Below, one piece after another: positions 9,147 to 18,509 of a stretch of 61,705 bases of DNA; position 1 is the first letter of the stretch; each line of letters begins with the position of its first letter. Location: assembly GCA_038227105.1 (NCBI GenBank), contig JBBRQB010000005.1:1-61705 (forward strand), read 5' to 3'. A program made the position numbers and the translations under genes. The stretch is from Candidatus Limnocylindria bacterium (GTDB lineage Bacteria; Chloroflexota; Limnocylindria; P2-11E). A model generated the notes under the pieces. The model ran no database searches, was not told where the DNA came from, and worked only from the letters and a program-made list of their open reading frames with translations.

Positions 9147-11411
9147 CTAGCGCTTCTTCTGGGCGTCCTCGGTCGCTCGCATGAGCCGCCAGACGCGTTC
9201 CGGCGTTGCCGGCAGCTCGTGCGGGAAGATCCCGATCGCACGCCCGATCGCGGACGCGACGGCGCCGCCGATCGTGTTGCCCGCTCCCTCGCCGGCTCCC
9301 TTCGCGCCATACGGTCCGGAACCGTCACGCCGCTGCGCGAGGATGAGCTCGACCTCTTTGGGGATGTCGCTGAACCGGGGCACGCGGTAGTCGACGATGT
9401 TCGAGTTCACGAGCTGCTCGCCCTCGTATACAAGCTCTTCATGAAGAGCGGCACCGAGGCCCATCATCGAGGCACCGGCATCCTGGCCATGCACGAGCGC
9501 CGGATTGATGGCGAAGCCGACATCGCCGATCGTCGTGAGCTTCTCGATCGTGACGACACCGGTCTCCCGGTCGATCGTGAGGCTCACGCCGCTGCAGCCG
9601 ATCTCCCAGAACGGCGGCATCATCGCGAAGCCATCGGCCTTCCGGACCGCTCCGTGTCCGAGCACCTCCCCGCCGGCGCCGAACCACCGCTCGATGACCT
9701 CGCCGTAGCTGAGGTCCTGTTGTTCGACACGCACGCCGGCCAGACTGTCCTCGACCGCGGCGAGCGGCACCGCGAACACCTGTGCCGCGAGCTCGCGCAC
9801 CCGCAAGCGAGCGTCCTTGCAGGCTTCCTGGATCGCGCGGCCTGTCACCGTCGTCGTCCGGCTCGCGCCGGTCGTGCGCTCGTAGGTCACGACCCCGGTG
9901 TCGCCGCTGACGATCGAGACCGTGTCGAGCGGGATCCCGAGATCTTCGGCAACGATCTGGCTGAGGACGGTCCGGGAGCCCTGACCGAGCTCGGTGGATC
10001 CGGTGAACAGCGTCACCGAGCTGTCGGCGTGGATCCGGACCGCCGCGGTGGACGTCGGATATGCGCCCGCATCGGACGCGGATACGCCGAGACCCACGGA
10101 TCCGGGTCCGGTCCCCGGCCAGCCGAGGGACCCCGACAGGCAGCGCAGGTCGTCCTTCAGATCCGCGTCGAGGCCGCGCTTCCCCGGCAGGAGCTGCTCG
10201 CCCGGCCCGACGAGGTTCTTGAGCCGGAGCTCGACCGCGTCGATGCCCAGCTTGTGGGCAGCCTCGTCCATTTGGAGCTCGCCTGCGATGTTCCCCACGG
10301 GAGCGCCGAAGCCCCGAAGCGAGCTCGCAGGCACAGTGTTGGTGAAGGTCGACGTCGCGCGCACACGAAGCGCTGGGATCTTGTACGGACCGAAGCAGCG
10401 GTTTGCGGTCTTCTGGTTCACGAGCGGGCTGTTGTCGGTGTACGCGCCCGAATTCATGATGATCTCGAAGTCGCGCGCAAGCAGCATCCCGTCCTTCGTG
10501 AACGCGGAACGCGCCTTGATCAGCGCCGAGTCCGAGCGCGTCGTGAGCATTGCCTCCTCGACGCTGCAGTCCAGCTTGGCAGGCCGGCCGGTGAAGTACG
10601 TCGCCATCGCGGTCATGCCTTCGACCTTGGTGTACGACTTCGTTCCGTAGCCTCCACCGACGTACGGCGCGATCACGCGGACACGAGCGAGCGCGAGCCC
10701 GAACATGCGAGCCAGGTCGCGGCGCACCATGTACACGTGCTGCGCGCTCGAATACACGACGAGGTCGCCCTGGTCGAAGAACGCAAGCGCGTTGTACGGC
10801 TCCATGGCGTAGCCGTAGAGCATCGGGTAGCGATACTCACCTTCGACGACGACCGGGGCGGTCTTGAACGCGGCGTCGACGTCGCCCCACTCGAACTCGG
10901 CGACCGAGCAGACGTTGCCGGCGAGCCCGGCCTCACCGCCGTCCATGCCCTCGTCGCCGACGCGCTCGCCGCGCGCTTCGTGCAGCACTGGAGCTCCGGG
11001 CGCGAGCGCTTCGACCGCGTCGGTCACGGACGGCAGCTCCTCGTAATCGACCTCAACGAGGTCCGCGGCCTCGGCCGCCTCGCGACGTGATTCCGCGACC
11101 ACGAGCGCGACGGGCTCCCCATGGAATCGGACCTTGCCGATGGCGAGCACCGGATGGTCGAGGACCACATGACCGTAGTAAGGGGTCAGGCCCGCTGCCA
11201 GGAGGTCTGCGCCGGTGATCACCCGGAGCACGCCGGGCGCCGCGGCCGCCGCTGATGTCTCGATGCCGCGGATGTTCGCGTGTGCCCGCGACGACCGCAC
11301 GACGATGACGTGCGCCATGCCGGGCACCGAGAGATCGATGGCGTAACGTGCCGCACCGGTGACCTTCGCGATACCGTCGGTCCGCGGTGCGGACGTCCCC
11401 GCGACGCGCAT
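9147..11411 (-). CDS. Xanthine dehydrogenase-family molybdopterin-binding large subunit
   Basis: DGIAKVTGAARY, VGGGYGTK, SLRGFG, ELGQG, GAKGAGEG; ATG 11411 overlaps the small-subunit stop. Confidence 0.93.
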   Translation of the reverse strand: MRVAGTSAPRTDGIAKVTGAARYAIDLSVPGMAHVIVVRSSRAHANIRGIETSAAAAAPGVLRVITGADLLAAGLTPYYGHVVLDHPVLAIGKVRFHGEPVALVVAESRREAAEAADLVEVDYEELPSVTDAVEALAPGAPVLHEARGERVGDEGMDGGEAGLAGNVCSVAEFEWGDVDAAFKTAPVVVEGEYRYPMLYGYAMEPYNALAFFDQGDLVVYSSAQHVYMVRRDLARMFGLALARVRVIAPYVGGGYGTKSYTKVEGMTAMATYFTGRPAKLDCSVEEAMLTTRSDSALIKARSAFTKDGMLLARDFEIIMNSGAYTDNSPLVNQKTANRCFGPYKIPALRVRATSTFTNTVPASSLRGFGAPVGNIAGELQMDEAAHKLGIDAVELRLKNLVGPGEQLLPGKRGLDADLKDDLRCLSGSLGWPGTGPGSVGLGVSASDAGAYPTSTAAVRIHADSSVTLFTGSTELGQGSRTVLSQIVAEDLGIPLDTVSIVSGDTGVVTYERTTGASRTTTVTGRAIQEACKDARLRVRELAAQVFAVPLAAVEDSLAGVRVEQQDLSYGEVIERWFGAGGEVLGHGAVRKADGFAMMPPFWEIGCSGVSLTIDRETGVVTIEKLTTIGDVGFAINPALVHGQDAGASMMGLGAALHEELVYEGEQLVNSNIVDYRVPRFSDIPKEVELILAQRRDGSGPYGAKGAGEGAGNTIGGAVASAIGRAIGIFPHELPATPERVWRLMRATEDAQKKR

Positions 11412-11914
11412 CAACGCGCCCCGCGCCCGGCGCTCGGCGCGGGGAGGACGCGGCTGGGATCCGACACGTCGAGCACCGCTTCGACGATCGTGCCGTAGCC
11501 GGTGCACCGGCAAATGTTGCCTTCCATCCAGTGCTTGACAGTGGCGGCATCGGGGTGCGGACGCTCGTCGAGCAGGGCCTTCGCGGCCATGATCATCCCC
11601 GGGGTGCAGTAGCCGCACTGGAACGCGAAGCGATCGATGAACGCCTGCTGTATCGGATGCAGCTGGTTGCCATCTGCAAGACCCTCGATGGTATCGACCG
11701 TGCGGCCCTCTGCTTCGATCGCGAGCGTGGTGCACGAGCTGACCGGGCGACCGTCGAGCAGCACCGTGCAGGCGCCGCAGACCTGTGTGTCGCAGCTGAG
11801 CTTCGTGCCGACGAGCCCGAGCCCACGCACGAGCTCGATGAGCAGCACCTGATCCTCGACCTCGAGCGTGCGCTCGACGCCGTTGAGGGTGAGACCGATC
11901 TCCCGCCGCGCCAC
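11411..11914 (-). CDS. 2x[2Fe-2S] small subunit (CoxS-like)
   Basis: CDTQVCGACTV, FQCGYCTPG, NICRCTGY. Confidence 0.95.
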   Translation of the reverse strand: MARREIGLTLNGVERTLEVEDQVLLIELVRGLGLVGTKLSCDTQVCGACTVLLDGRPVSSCTTLAIEAEGRTVDTIEGLADGNQLHPIQQAFIDRFAFQCGYCTPGMIMAAKALLDERPHPDAATVKHWMEGNICRCTGYGTIVEAVLDVSDPSRVLPAPSAGRGAR

Positions 11915-11916
11915 GG

Positions 11917-12774
11917 TCAGGCCGCCCCGGCCATGAGTTCGCCCAGCGCGCGCTTCACGAAGACACCGACGATGTGCCGTTTGTACTCGGCAGTGCCGGC
12001 GAGATCGTCACTGGGATCCACGGCTGCGCGCGCGGCCTCGGCGAGCGCATCTGCCGTGCCTGGATCGCGCGCGTCGGCGCCCGAGAGCTGCCCGGTCGGG
12101 ACCGCACGGGGCACCTCGTCGACCGCGCCGATGACGAGCGCGGGCGCGCCGATGAATTTCCCGTCGCGGATGGTCGCGACCGCAGCGACTCCGAGGCTCG
12201 GCCGCTCGAGGACCTGGAACTTCACGTAGGCCATCCGCACGTCGCGCACCGGGATAGGGATCTCGATCGCGACGATGATCTCGTCCGGGCCGAGCGCGGT
12301 CTGGTACATGCCGGTGAGCAGCTCGCTCACGAGAAGGGTCCGGGTCCCGCCCGGACCTTCAAGGACGACGTGCGCGCCGAGGGCGACGAGGAGCGCCGGA
12401 GGGTCCGCATGCGGCTCCGCGAACGCGAGGTTGCCGGCGAGCGTTCCGGCGGCACGGACCCGGATATTCGCCACGTGCGCCTCGAGCTTCGCGAAGACAG
12501 GGAGGGCCTTGGCGATGGCGGGGTCGCGCTCGAGATCCCAGTGGGTAACGGTCGCGCCGATCCGGACGGCCTCGTCCGTAACGGTGACCCCCCGGAGCGC
12601 GCCGATGGGCTTGATGTCGATCAGGTGCGGCCAGCGGGCGACGCCCAGCTTCATGGCGAGGAGGAGCTCGGTCCCGCCGGCATAGACGGCAGCGTCCTCA
12701 CCGTGCTGCTGTCGGAGCGCCACGGCCTCCGCCACGGAAGCCACCCGATGGACATCGAAACGCCGCAAGACCAA
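11917..12774 (-). CDS. FAD-binding medium subunit (CoxM-like)
   Basis: AGGTELL, RAAGTLAGN, PHAD motifs; adjacent to S and L subunits. Confidence 0.92.
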   Translation of the reverse strand: MVLRRFDVHRVASVAEAVALRQQHGEDAAVYAGGTELLLAMKLGVARWPHLIDIKPIGALRGVTVTDEAVRIGATVTHWDLERDPAIAKALPVFAKLEAHVANIRVRAAGTLAGNLAFAEPHADPPALLVALGAHVVLEGPGGTRTLLVSELLTGMYQTALGPDEIIVAIEIPIPVRDVRMAYVKFQVLERPSLGVAAVATIRDGKFIGAPALVIGAVDEVPRAVPTGQLSGADARDPGTADALAEAARAAVDPSDDLAGTAEYKRHIVGVFVKRALGELMAGAA

Positions 12775-12806
12775 TTTTCAGGCCCCTTCGTCAGTGCTGC
12801 CGGTCC

Positions 12807-12825
12807 ACTGTATCCGATATACAGT
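12807..12825. promoter_or_regulatory. Palindromic operator ACTGTAT-N5-ATACAGT
   Basis: Perfect 7-bp arms in the intergenic gap upstream of the FAD subunit; core GTAT-N5-ATAC recurs at 31638 and 32951. Confidence 0.6.
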
Positions 12826-12829
12826 CGCC

Positions 12830-13309
12830 TTAGACGTGACCAGAGCCGATGGCTTCCGCGGCGCCCAGCTCCCGCCCGAGGTTCGAGAAGAACTCGTCGA
12901 GGACCTTGTCCCCCTTCTTCCGGATGGGGCCCGAGCCGAGCGTCGCGACCCGGCCGGTGATCTCGAAGCGGCCGGCCGCGGTCAGGAACGTGCCGCCGTC
13001 ACGGGGCTCGATGGCGAGCTCGATCGTCGCGGAGATGCGCGAACCGATCTGGCGATCCTCGCCGGCGGCGGCAACGTGCATCGTGCGGGCGTCGGCGTCG
13101 GCGTCGACCTTCACGTCGAGATCGGCGCGCATCGCGAACGGGCCGAGACGATCCTCAAGCATTGCCGAGTAGCGGCGCGGCGGATCCACATCCTTCACGT
13201 CTCGAACGACCGAGAGCCACGACGCGACCCGGCGCACGTCCCCCAACGCGTCCCATACCGCGGTCGGCGTCGCGGACAGCTGGATCGTCTTGGCGAAATC
13301 CTGGAACAC
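12830..13309 (-). CDS. CoxG/SRPBCC family protein
   Basis: GTG 13309 with GGAGGAG RBS; VWDALGD...RLGPF...GRVATLGSGPI CoxG-like pattern; next to Mo hydroxylase genes. Confidence 0.8.
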   Translation of the reverse strand: MFQDFAKTIQLSATPTAVWDALGDVRRVASWLSVVRDVKDVDPPRRYSAMLEDRLGPFAMRADLDVKVDADADARTMHVAAAGEDRQIGSRISATIELAIEPRDGGTFLTAAGRFEITGRVATLGSGPIRKKGDKVLDEFFSNLGRELGAAEAIGSGHV

Positions 13310-13356
13310 GTTTCTCCTCCACGCGAAGACATCGTCAGTAAAACACGAGGTGAGAG

Positions 13357-14466
13357 ATGAGCGACGCATCCGCGGCAGCACAGGGCACTGAGCAGCAGCG
13401 ACCGGCGACGTGGGGCCGCGGGGCGTATGAGCAGTTCATCGAGACCGAGGGGATCCCGATCCACACGGGCGTCGCAGTCGAGGACCTCCGCACCGCGAAG
13501 GTGGCCCCGTGGGCCCGCCTCGACGCGAAGGGCGCCTACATCCGGCTCCTCGGCGCCGAAGACACGGACAACGGCTACCTCCTCGAGCTCGACCCCGGCA
13601 AGTCGAGCGCGCCGGAGAAGCATCTGTTCGAGGAGTACTTCTTCGTCCTGACGGGTCGCGGCACGTGCGAGGTCTGGAACGAGGGCGAAGCGCCGCGCAC
13701 GTTCGAATGGCAGGAAGGCAGCCTCTTCTCGGTGCCGCTCAACACGCTGCACCGTCTGCACAACGGCTCGGGCTCGCTGCCCGCCCGCCTGCTCGCAGTG
13801 ACAACGATGCCGATCATGATGAATCTCGTGCACAACACCGAGTTCATCTTCGGTGGTGCGGACTATCTCTTCCGCGACCGCTACGACGGGCGCAAGGAGT
13901 ACTTCGACGGCGCCGGCACGCTCTACACCGGCCGGGTCTGGGAGACGAACTTCGTCGCCGACATCCGCCGGTTCCAGCTTCGTGACTGGCACGAGCGCGG
14001 AGCGGGCAGCAAGAACATCCGCTTCGAATTCGCGAACAACACGATGGTCTCCCACGTGTCCGAGTTCCCGGTCGGCACCTATAAGAAGGGTCACCGCCAC
14101 GGGCCGGGGTACCACGTCGTCATGCTGAATGGCACGGGCTACTCGCTGATGTGGCCGGACGGCGCCGCTGAGATGACCGAGGTCAACTGGAAGGTCGGCT
14201 CGCTGTTCGTGCCGCCGGGTCTCTGGTGGCACCAGCACTTCGTGACCGGCAACGAGCCGGCGCGGTACCTCGCTATCCGCTGGGGCGGCAACAAGTGGAA
14301 GCTGGCCCAGTACCTCGACAACCAGGGCGTCGACAAGGACGTCTCGCAGGGTGGCAACCAGATCGAGTACGAAGACCAGGACCCGAAGATCCATCGCCTG
14401 TACCTCGAGCGCTGCGCCGCCAACGGGGTGCCGGTGAAGATGGACGCCTTCAAGGTCCGCGTTTAG
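13357..14466 (+). CDS. Bicupin metalloprotein 1
   Basis: Two cupin repeats: KHLFEE...LHRLHN and HRHGPG...WWHQH; GAGG RBS. Confidence 0.85.
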   Translation: MSDASAAAQGTEQQRPATWGRGAYEQFIETEGIPIHTGVAVEDLRTAKVAPWARLDAKGAYIRLLGAEDTDNGYLLELDPGKSSAPEKHLFEEYFFVLTGRGTCEVWNEGEAPRTFEWQEGSLFSVPLNTLHRLHNGSGSLPARLLAVTTMPIMMNLVHNTEFIFGGADYLFRDRYDGRKEYFDGAGTLYTGRVWETNFVADIRRFQLRDWHERGAGSKNIRFEFANNTMVSHVSEFPVGTYKKGHRHGPGYHVVMLNGTGYSLMWPDGAAEMTEVNWKVGSLFVPPGLWWHQHFVTGNEPARYLAIRWGGNKWKLAQYLDNQGVDKDVSQGGNQIEYEDQDPKIHRLYLERCAANGVPVKMDAFKVRV

Positions 14467-14533
14467 GCACGACCGGCACCTGACGCACGCGCACCGGGAT
14501 CACACACACGACGCCGGTGGCCACGAGGGGAAC

Positions 14534-15946
14534 GTGGCCACCGAGCGTCTTCGTCTGCGCACGGTGGGCATCGACATCGGCACGACGACCTCGCACCTGA
14601 TCTTCTCGGAGATCGTGCTCGAGCGGCAGGGCATCCTGCTCTCCAGCGCGTACGGCGTGGTCGAGCGGAACATCATCCACCGGTCCGACGTCGCGCTCAC
14701 GCCCTATGCGGCCGGCCGTCGCATCGACACCGCCGCGCTGGCTGCGTTCATCGAACGCTCGTACCGCGAGGCGGGCTGGCGGCCCGAACAGGTCGACACG
14801 GGCGCGGTCATCACGACCGGCGAGGCCGCCCGCCAGGAGAATGCCGCCGCGATCGTTGCGCTCTTCAGCGGCGAGGCCGGAAAGTTCGTGTGCGCCACCG
14901 CGGGTCATCACCTCGAGAGCCTCCTCGCCGCGCACGGCTCGGGCGCGGTGCGGCGGTCGCGCGAGGCCGCTACTCCCCTCGTCCTGAGCATCGACATCGG
15001 AGGCGGCACCACCAAGCTCGCGGTCTGCCGGGATGGGCGGGTCGAGGAGACCGCGGCGATCGACGTCGGCGCGCGGCTCTTCGCCTGGGACGCTGTAGGC
15101 ACGATCGTGACCGCGACCCGCGCCGGAGCGCGCGTCGCCTTGGAGGCGGGCGTGCGCATCGCCCTCGGCGACGCGGCCGACCCGCAGGCGCTCCAGGCCG
15201 TGGCCGACCAGATCGCGGACCAGGCGTTGCGCGTCGCGGCGGGCACGCCATTCGACGACGCGGGGATCTGGCTCACCGCGCCGCTCGTGGCGCAGGGCCC
15301 GTTCCCGGTCCTCATGTTCTCCGGTGGCGTTGGCGAATACGTCAACGGCTGGCAGGACCGCGAGTACGGTGACCTCGGGCTCCTCGTCGGTCGGGCGATC
15401 GTGCGACGGACGGCGGCGTTCTCGGTGCTACGGCCCGTCGAGTCCATCCGCGCCACCTGCATCGGCGCCTCCCAGTACACGGTCCAAGTGAGCGGCGACA
15501 CGCTGTTCCTCTCCGATCCGGGCTTGCTGCCGCTGCGCGACCTCGCGGCCGTGGCCGTGCGGCCGGAGCAGGCCGACGCGAGCGCGATCGCTGCCGAGAT
15601 CCGCCGCGGGATCACCCGCCTCGATCGTGAGGGCGGATCGTTCGCGCTCGCGGTGCGCTGGCGGCACGGCTCCCGGTACCCGATGCTCCGTGCGCTCTGC
15701 GACGGCATCGTCGCCGGTACGCAGGGACGGATCGCGGCCGGCGGTCCGCTCGTGATCGTGCTCGATGCGGACGTAGCCGGGATCGTCGGCCAGATCCTCG
15801 TGAGCGAGCTTGGGGTCAGCTCGCCGATCGTCTGCGTGGATCAGATCGCGCTGTCGGACCTCGACTTCATCGACATCGGCACGGTCGTGCCCGAGCACGC
15901 CGTCGTGCCGGTCGTCGTGAAGAGCCTCGTCTTCTCCGAGCGTTAG
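14534..15946 (+). CDS. eutA: EutA-family (ethanolamine ammonia-lyase reactivase-like) ASKHA ATPase
   Basis: VGIDIGTTTSHLIFS, TGEAARQENA, FVCATAGHHLESLLAAHGSGA, IDIGGGT, FSGGV, IRATCIGAS. Confidence 0.85.
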   Translation: MATERLRLRTVGIDIGTTTSHLIFSEIVLERQGILLSSAYGVVERNIIHRSDVALTPYAAGRRIDTAALAAFIERSYREAGWRPEQVDTGAVITTGEAARQENAAAIVALFSGEAGKFVCATAGHHLESLLAAHGSGAVRRSREAATPLVLSIDIGGGTTKLAVCRDGRVEETAAIDVGARLFAWDAVGTIVTATRAGARVALEAGVRIALGDAADPQALQAVADQIADQALRVAAGTPFDDAGIWLTAPLVAQGPFPVLMFSGGVGEYVNGWQDREYGDLGLLVGRAIVRRTAAFSVLRPVESIRATCIGASQYTVQVSGDTLFLSDPGLLPLRDLAAVAVRPEQADASAIAAEIRRGITRLDREGGSFALAVRWRHGSRYPMLRALCDGIVAGTQGRIAAGGPLVIVLDADVAGIVGQILVSELGVSSPIVCVDQIALSDLDFIDIGTVVPEHAVVPVVVKSLVFSER

Positions 15947-17274
15947 CTCGTCCCGGCCGCGACCGACGCGGCGATATCGCGATTGAGATGCGCCCCGAGT
16001 GGCACCGAGGCGGGGCGGTCCTGGTTGCAGAGGTCCATCGCGATCCGCGCGTAGACCCGTGCCGCGTCCTGCAGGTCCTTCACCTTGAACGACTTCTTGG
16101 CTGCGTGGCTGGCCGAGCGCGGCGCGTAGCTGATCGCGGGGATGCCGAGCTCGTTGAAGGCGTTCGTGTCGCGCCACATGCTCGTGACCGGCTCCCCCAC
16201 GATCGCCGGCGGCGTCGAAAAGGTCTGATCGTGCGACCGCCGGACGGTCTCGATGAGCCGCTCGGCACCTTTGGCTTCGAACCCGGGCCGGTAGAGGAAG
16301 AGCTCGACCGTTCCGTCGACGCCCGCGGTACGAAGGACCCCACGGAGCTCCTCCCGGATATCGATGGGATTCGCCCCGGGCAGGATGCGGGTGTCGACAT
16401 AGAAGGAGCAGACCTGGGGCGCGCTGGTCAGGCTGAACGGATACCCCGACCGGATGGCGTTGACGCTCGCCTTGGGCACGATCGTGCCGGCGGGGCCGCG
16501 GTACGTATTCCGTTGCTGGTAGCCGTAAGCCCACTCCTCGAACGTCGCGATGACCGCTGCCGCCCTGACGATGGCGTTCGGCGCGTCCGCGAGACCAGTC
16601 GGTCGCGGCAGGTACGGGGTGTAGTAGCGCGGCGTGTCGGTCTGGATCGTGACCTTGAAGTGGGCCTTGCCGGGCTCGACGCCGACGATCCCGAAGCCGG
16701 TCCCCTCTGCGACGATCGCGAAGTCGGCGACGGCGCCGTGGGTCACCATGAAGCGCACGCCGAGGTCCTTCGACAGGTACATGGGGCCTTGCCATTCCTC
16801 GATCGGCTCCCGTGAGATCTCGCCAGCGACGGCGCTCACGATGAGGTCTCCCTTCAGCGGGAATCCGGAATCCTTGATCGCCTTGGCGGCCACGAGGAAC
16901 GCGGCCATCGGCCCCTTGTCGTTCACCACCCCGTCGCCATAGATGTCCTCGCCGTCGACCCAGGCCGAGTGATAGAGCGGGTCGTTCGGATCCTTGGCCG
17001 ACCAGACGGCGTCGCGGCGGAGCGTCGTGTCGAGGTGGGAGTTGTAGATGAGGCTATAGCCGCCGCCCGTCCCGTTGAGCCACGCGGCGACGTTGAACCG
17101 CTCCGGGATCAGCGCGAACTTCTTCGGCGCGAAGCCGTTGCGCTCGAGCCACTCGTACACGAACTGGCCCGCCGGCCCCTCGCTCCCGGTCGGACTATCG
17201 ATGTTGCCGAGAGCCAGCGCGAGGTCGACGACCTCCTGCGGGTCGATGTGGGCAACGACATCGTCGGGGGTCAT
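15943..17274 (-). CDS. M20 family (ArgE/DapE-like) metallo-amidohydrolase
   Basis: DSPTGSE, NSHLDT, YGDGVVNDKG, IVAEGT; ATG 17274 with AAGGAG RBS. Confidence 0.85.
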   Translation of the reverse strand: MTPDDVVAHIDPQEVVDLALALGNIDSPTGSEGPAGQFVYEWLERNGFAPKKFALIPERFNVAAWLNGTGGGYSLIYNSHLDTTLRRDAVWSAKDPNDPLYHSAWVDGEDIYGDGVVNDKGPMAAFLVAAKAIKDSGFPLKGDLIVSAVAGEISREPIEEWQGPMYLSKDLGVRFMVTHGAVADFAIVAEGTGFGIVGVEPGKAHFKVTIQTDTPRYYTPYLPRPTGLADAPNAIVRAAAVIATFEEWAYGYQQRNTYRGPAGTIVPKASVNAIRSGYPFSLTSAPQVCSFYVDTRILPGANPIDIREELRGVLRTAGVDGTVELFLYRPGFEAKGAERLIETVRRSHDQTFSTPPAIVGEPVTSMWRDTNAFNELGIPAISYAPRSASHAAKKSFKVKDLQDAARVYARIAMDLCNQDRPASVPLGAHLNRDIAASVAAGTS

Positions 17275-17291
17275 CTCACTCGCTCCTTGTC

Positions 17292-18509
17292 TCAATTCAA
17301 GTCCACGGTCGGCGGCACGCCGATGCGCGCAATGAGGGACGCGAGCAGCAGCACGATGGCCGCGGTGATGATCGCAGCTTGGGCGCTGATGAGATCCATC
17401 ACCGCAGCGAGCGCGACGGGACCGATGAACGCCCCGAGGTCGGCTGAGAAACGATAGGTCCCGAGGACCTTCGTGCGATCCTGCGGGGGGACGATCTCCG
17501 ACAGCAGCGCGGTCTGGGAGCTCGAGAAGAAGTCCCCGAACCCGATGAGCGCCGCGGCGAGCAGGAATGTCACCAGGTCGTGCGTGAACAGGAAGACCAG
17601 GTCGCCTGCGGCGATCGCCGCGAGCCCAGCGGTGATGATCCGCCGCCGGCCCACACGGTCGCCCAGCATGCCGCCCGGCGTCGCGACCAGCAGGCCGGTG
17701 ATCGACATGAGCGCGATGGCCGTGGCGATCGAGATGCCGCCGAGCCCGAGCGCCGTCGCCGCGTAGAGCGGCAGGATCGTGTTCCGGAAGCCGTGGCGGT
17801 TGATCATGTTGGCGACGACGCCCAGGTTCGTCGCGCCGATCGCGATCACGCGCTCCCGGCCATGAAGAACGCGTGCCTCGCCCAGCGATGCGCGGGGAGC
17901 GGACCCGCTGCGCGGGTGCACCTGCCGCAGCACCGGCAGCAGGATCGCTCCGGCGACCAGGATGAGCGCGAACGTGACGGCGAAGGTCACCCGCCAGCCG
18001 AACAGCACGCCGATGACGCCGCCCACCAGCGGGTACGCGGCGATGCCGACGTTGTTCGCGACGTGGAACAGGCTCATCACCTTGCCGCGATTGCTCGGCG
18101 TCGCAGTTGCGCTGAGGGAGGACAGGACCACCGTCGCAAGGATCCCGACCGCGAAGCCGGATCCCACCCGCGCGACGATCAGCCGCTCGACCGAGGCCGC
18201 GTTGAGCCCGATGAGGCATGACACGAGGGCCAGCACGAGCGCCACCATGCTGATGCGCCGGTGCCCCACCCGGTCGGACACGAAGCCGGCCGGCAGGTCG
18301 ATGATCAGGCGCGCGAGGCCGAACGCTCCGACAATGACGCCGGCCATCGCGATGCTGACCCCGAAGTCCTTCCGGATGTCAGGCAAGAGCGGCGTCATGA
18401 TGTTCGTCGCCGACACGATGAGGAACAGCGCGCCGGCGAGCAGGAAGGACTCCCGCGGGATCGACTCCCGTGCCGCTGCGGCCGGTCCGTCAGCCGCGAC
18501 GGCGGTCAC
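17292..18509 (-). CDS. MFS transporter
   Basis: GFVSDRVGHRR and GMLGDRVGRRR motifs; about 12 TM helices. Confidence 0.9.
   Translation of the reverse strand: MTAVAADGPAAAARESIPRESFLLAGALFLIVSATNIMTPLLPDIRKDFGVSIAMAGVIVGAFGLARLIIDLPAGFVSDRVGHRRISMVALVLALVSCLIGLNAASVERLIVARVGSGFAVGILATVVLSSLSATATPSNRGKVMSLFHVANNVGIAAYPLVGGVIGVLFGWRVTFAVTFALILVAGAILLPVLRQVHPRSGSAPRASLGEARVLHGRERVIAIGATNLGVVANMINRHGFRNTILPLYAATALGLGGISIATAIALMSITGLLVATPGGMLGDRVGRRRIITAGLAAIAAGDLVFLFTHDLVTFLLAAALIGFGDFFSSSQTALLSEIVPPQDRTKVLGTYRFSADLGAFIGPVALAAVMDLISAQAAIITAAIVLLLASLIARIGVPPTVDLN

Noticed and set aside
9123-9149. Amber read-through fusing the Mo subunit to the downstream small ORF
   Set aside because: The Mo subunit is already complete, in-frame adjacency has a 1-in-3 chance, and no pyl machinery is seen
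8457-11090. Long plus-strand 877-aa ORF (and similar ones at 18803..20428, 20428..22485, 31635..32969)
   Set aside because: Antisense shadows of well-supported genes, typical of high-GC codon bias; no motifs
12807-12825. LexA SOS box
   Set aside because: The CTGT...ACAG spacing is 9 rather than 8, and the core matches other GntR-adjacent sites
9147-13309. Aerobic CO dehydrogenase (coxMSL+G)
   Set aside because: The active-site loop is SLRGFG, not AYxCSFR or AYxGAGR, so this is a generic Mo hydroxylase
14534-15946. Ethanolamine utilisation or microcompartment locus
   Set aside because: No eutB/eutC or shell genes in the window
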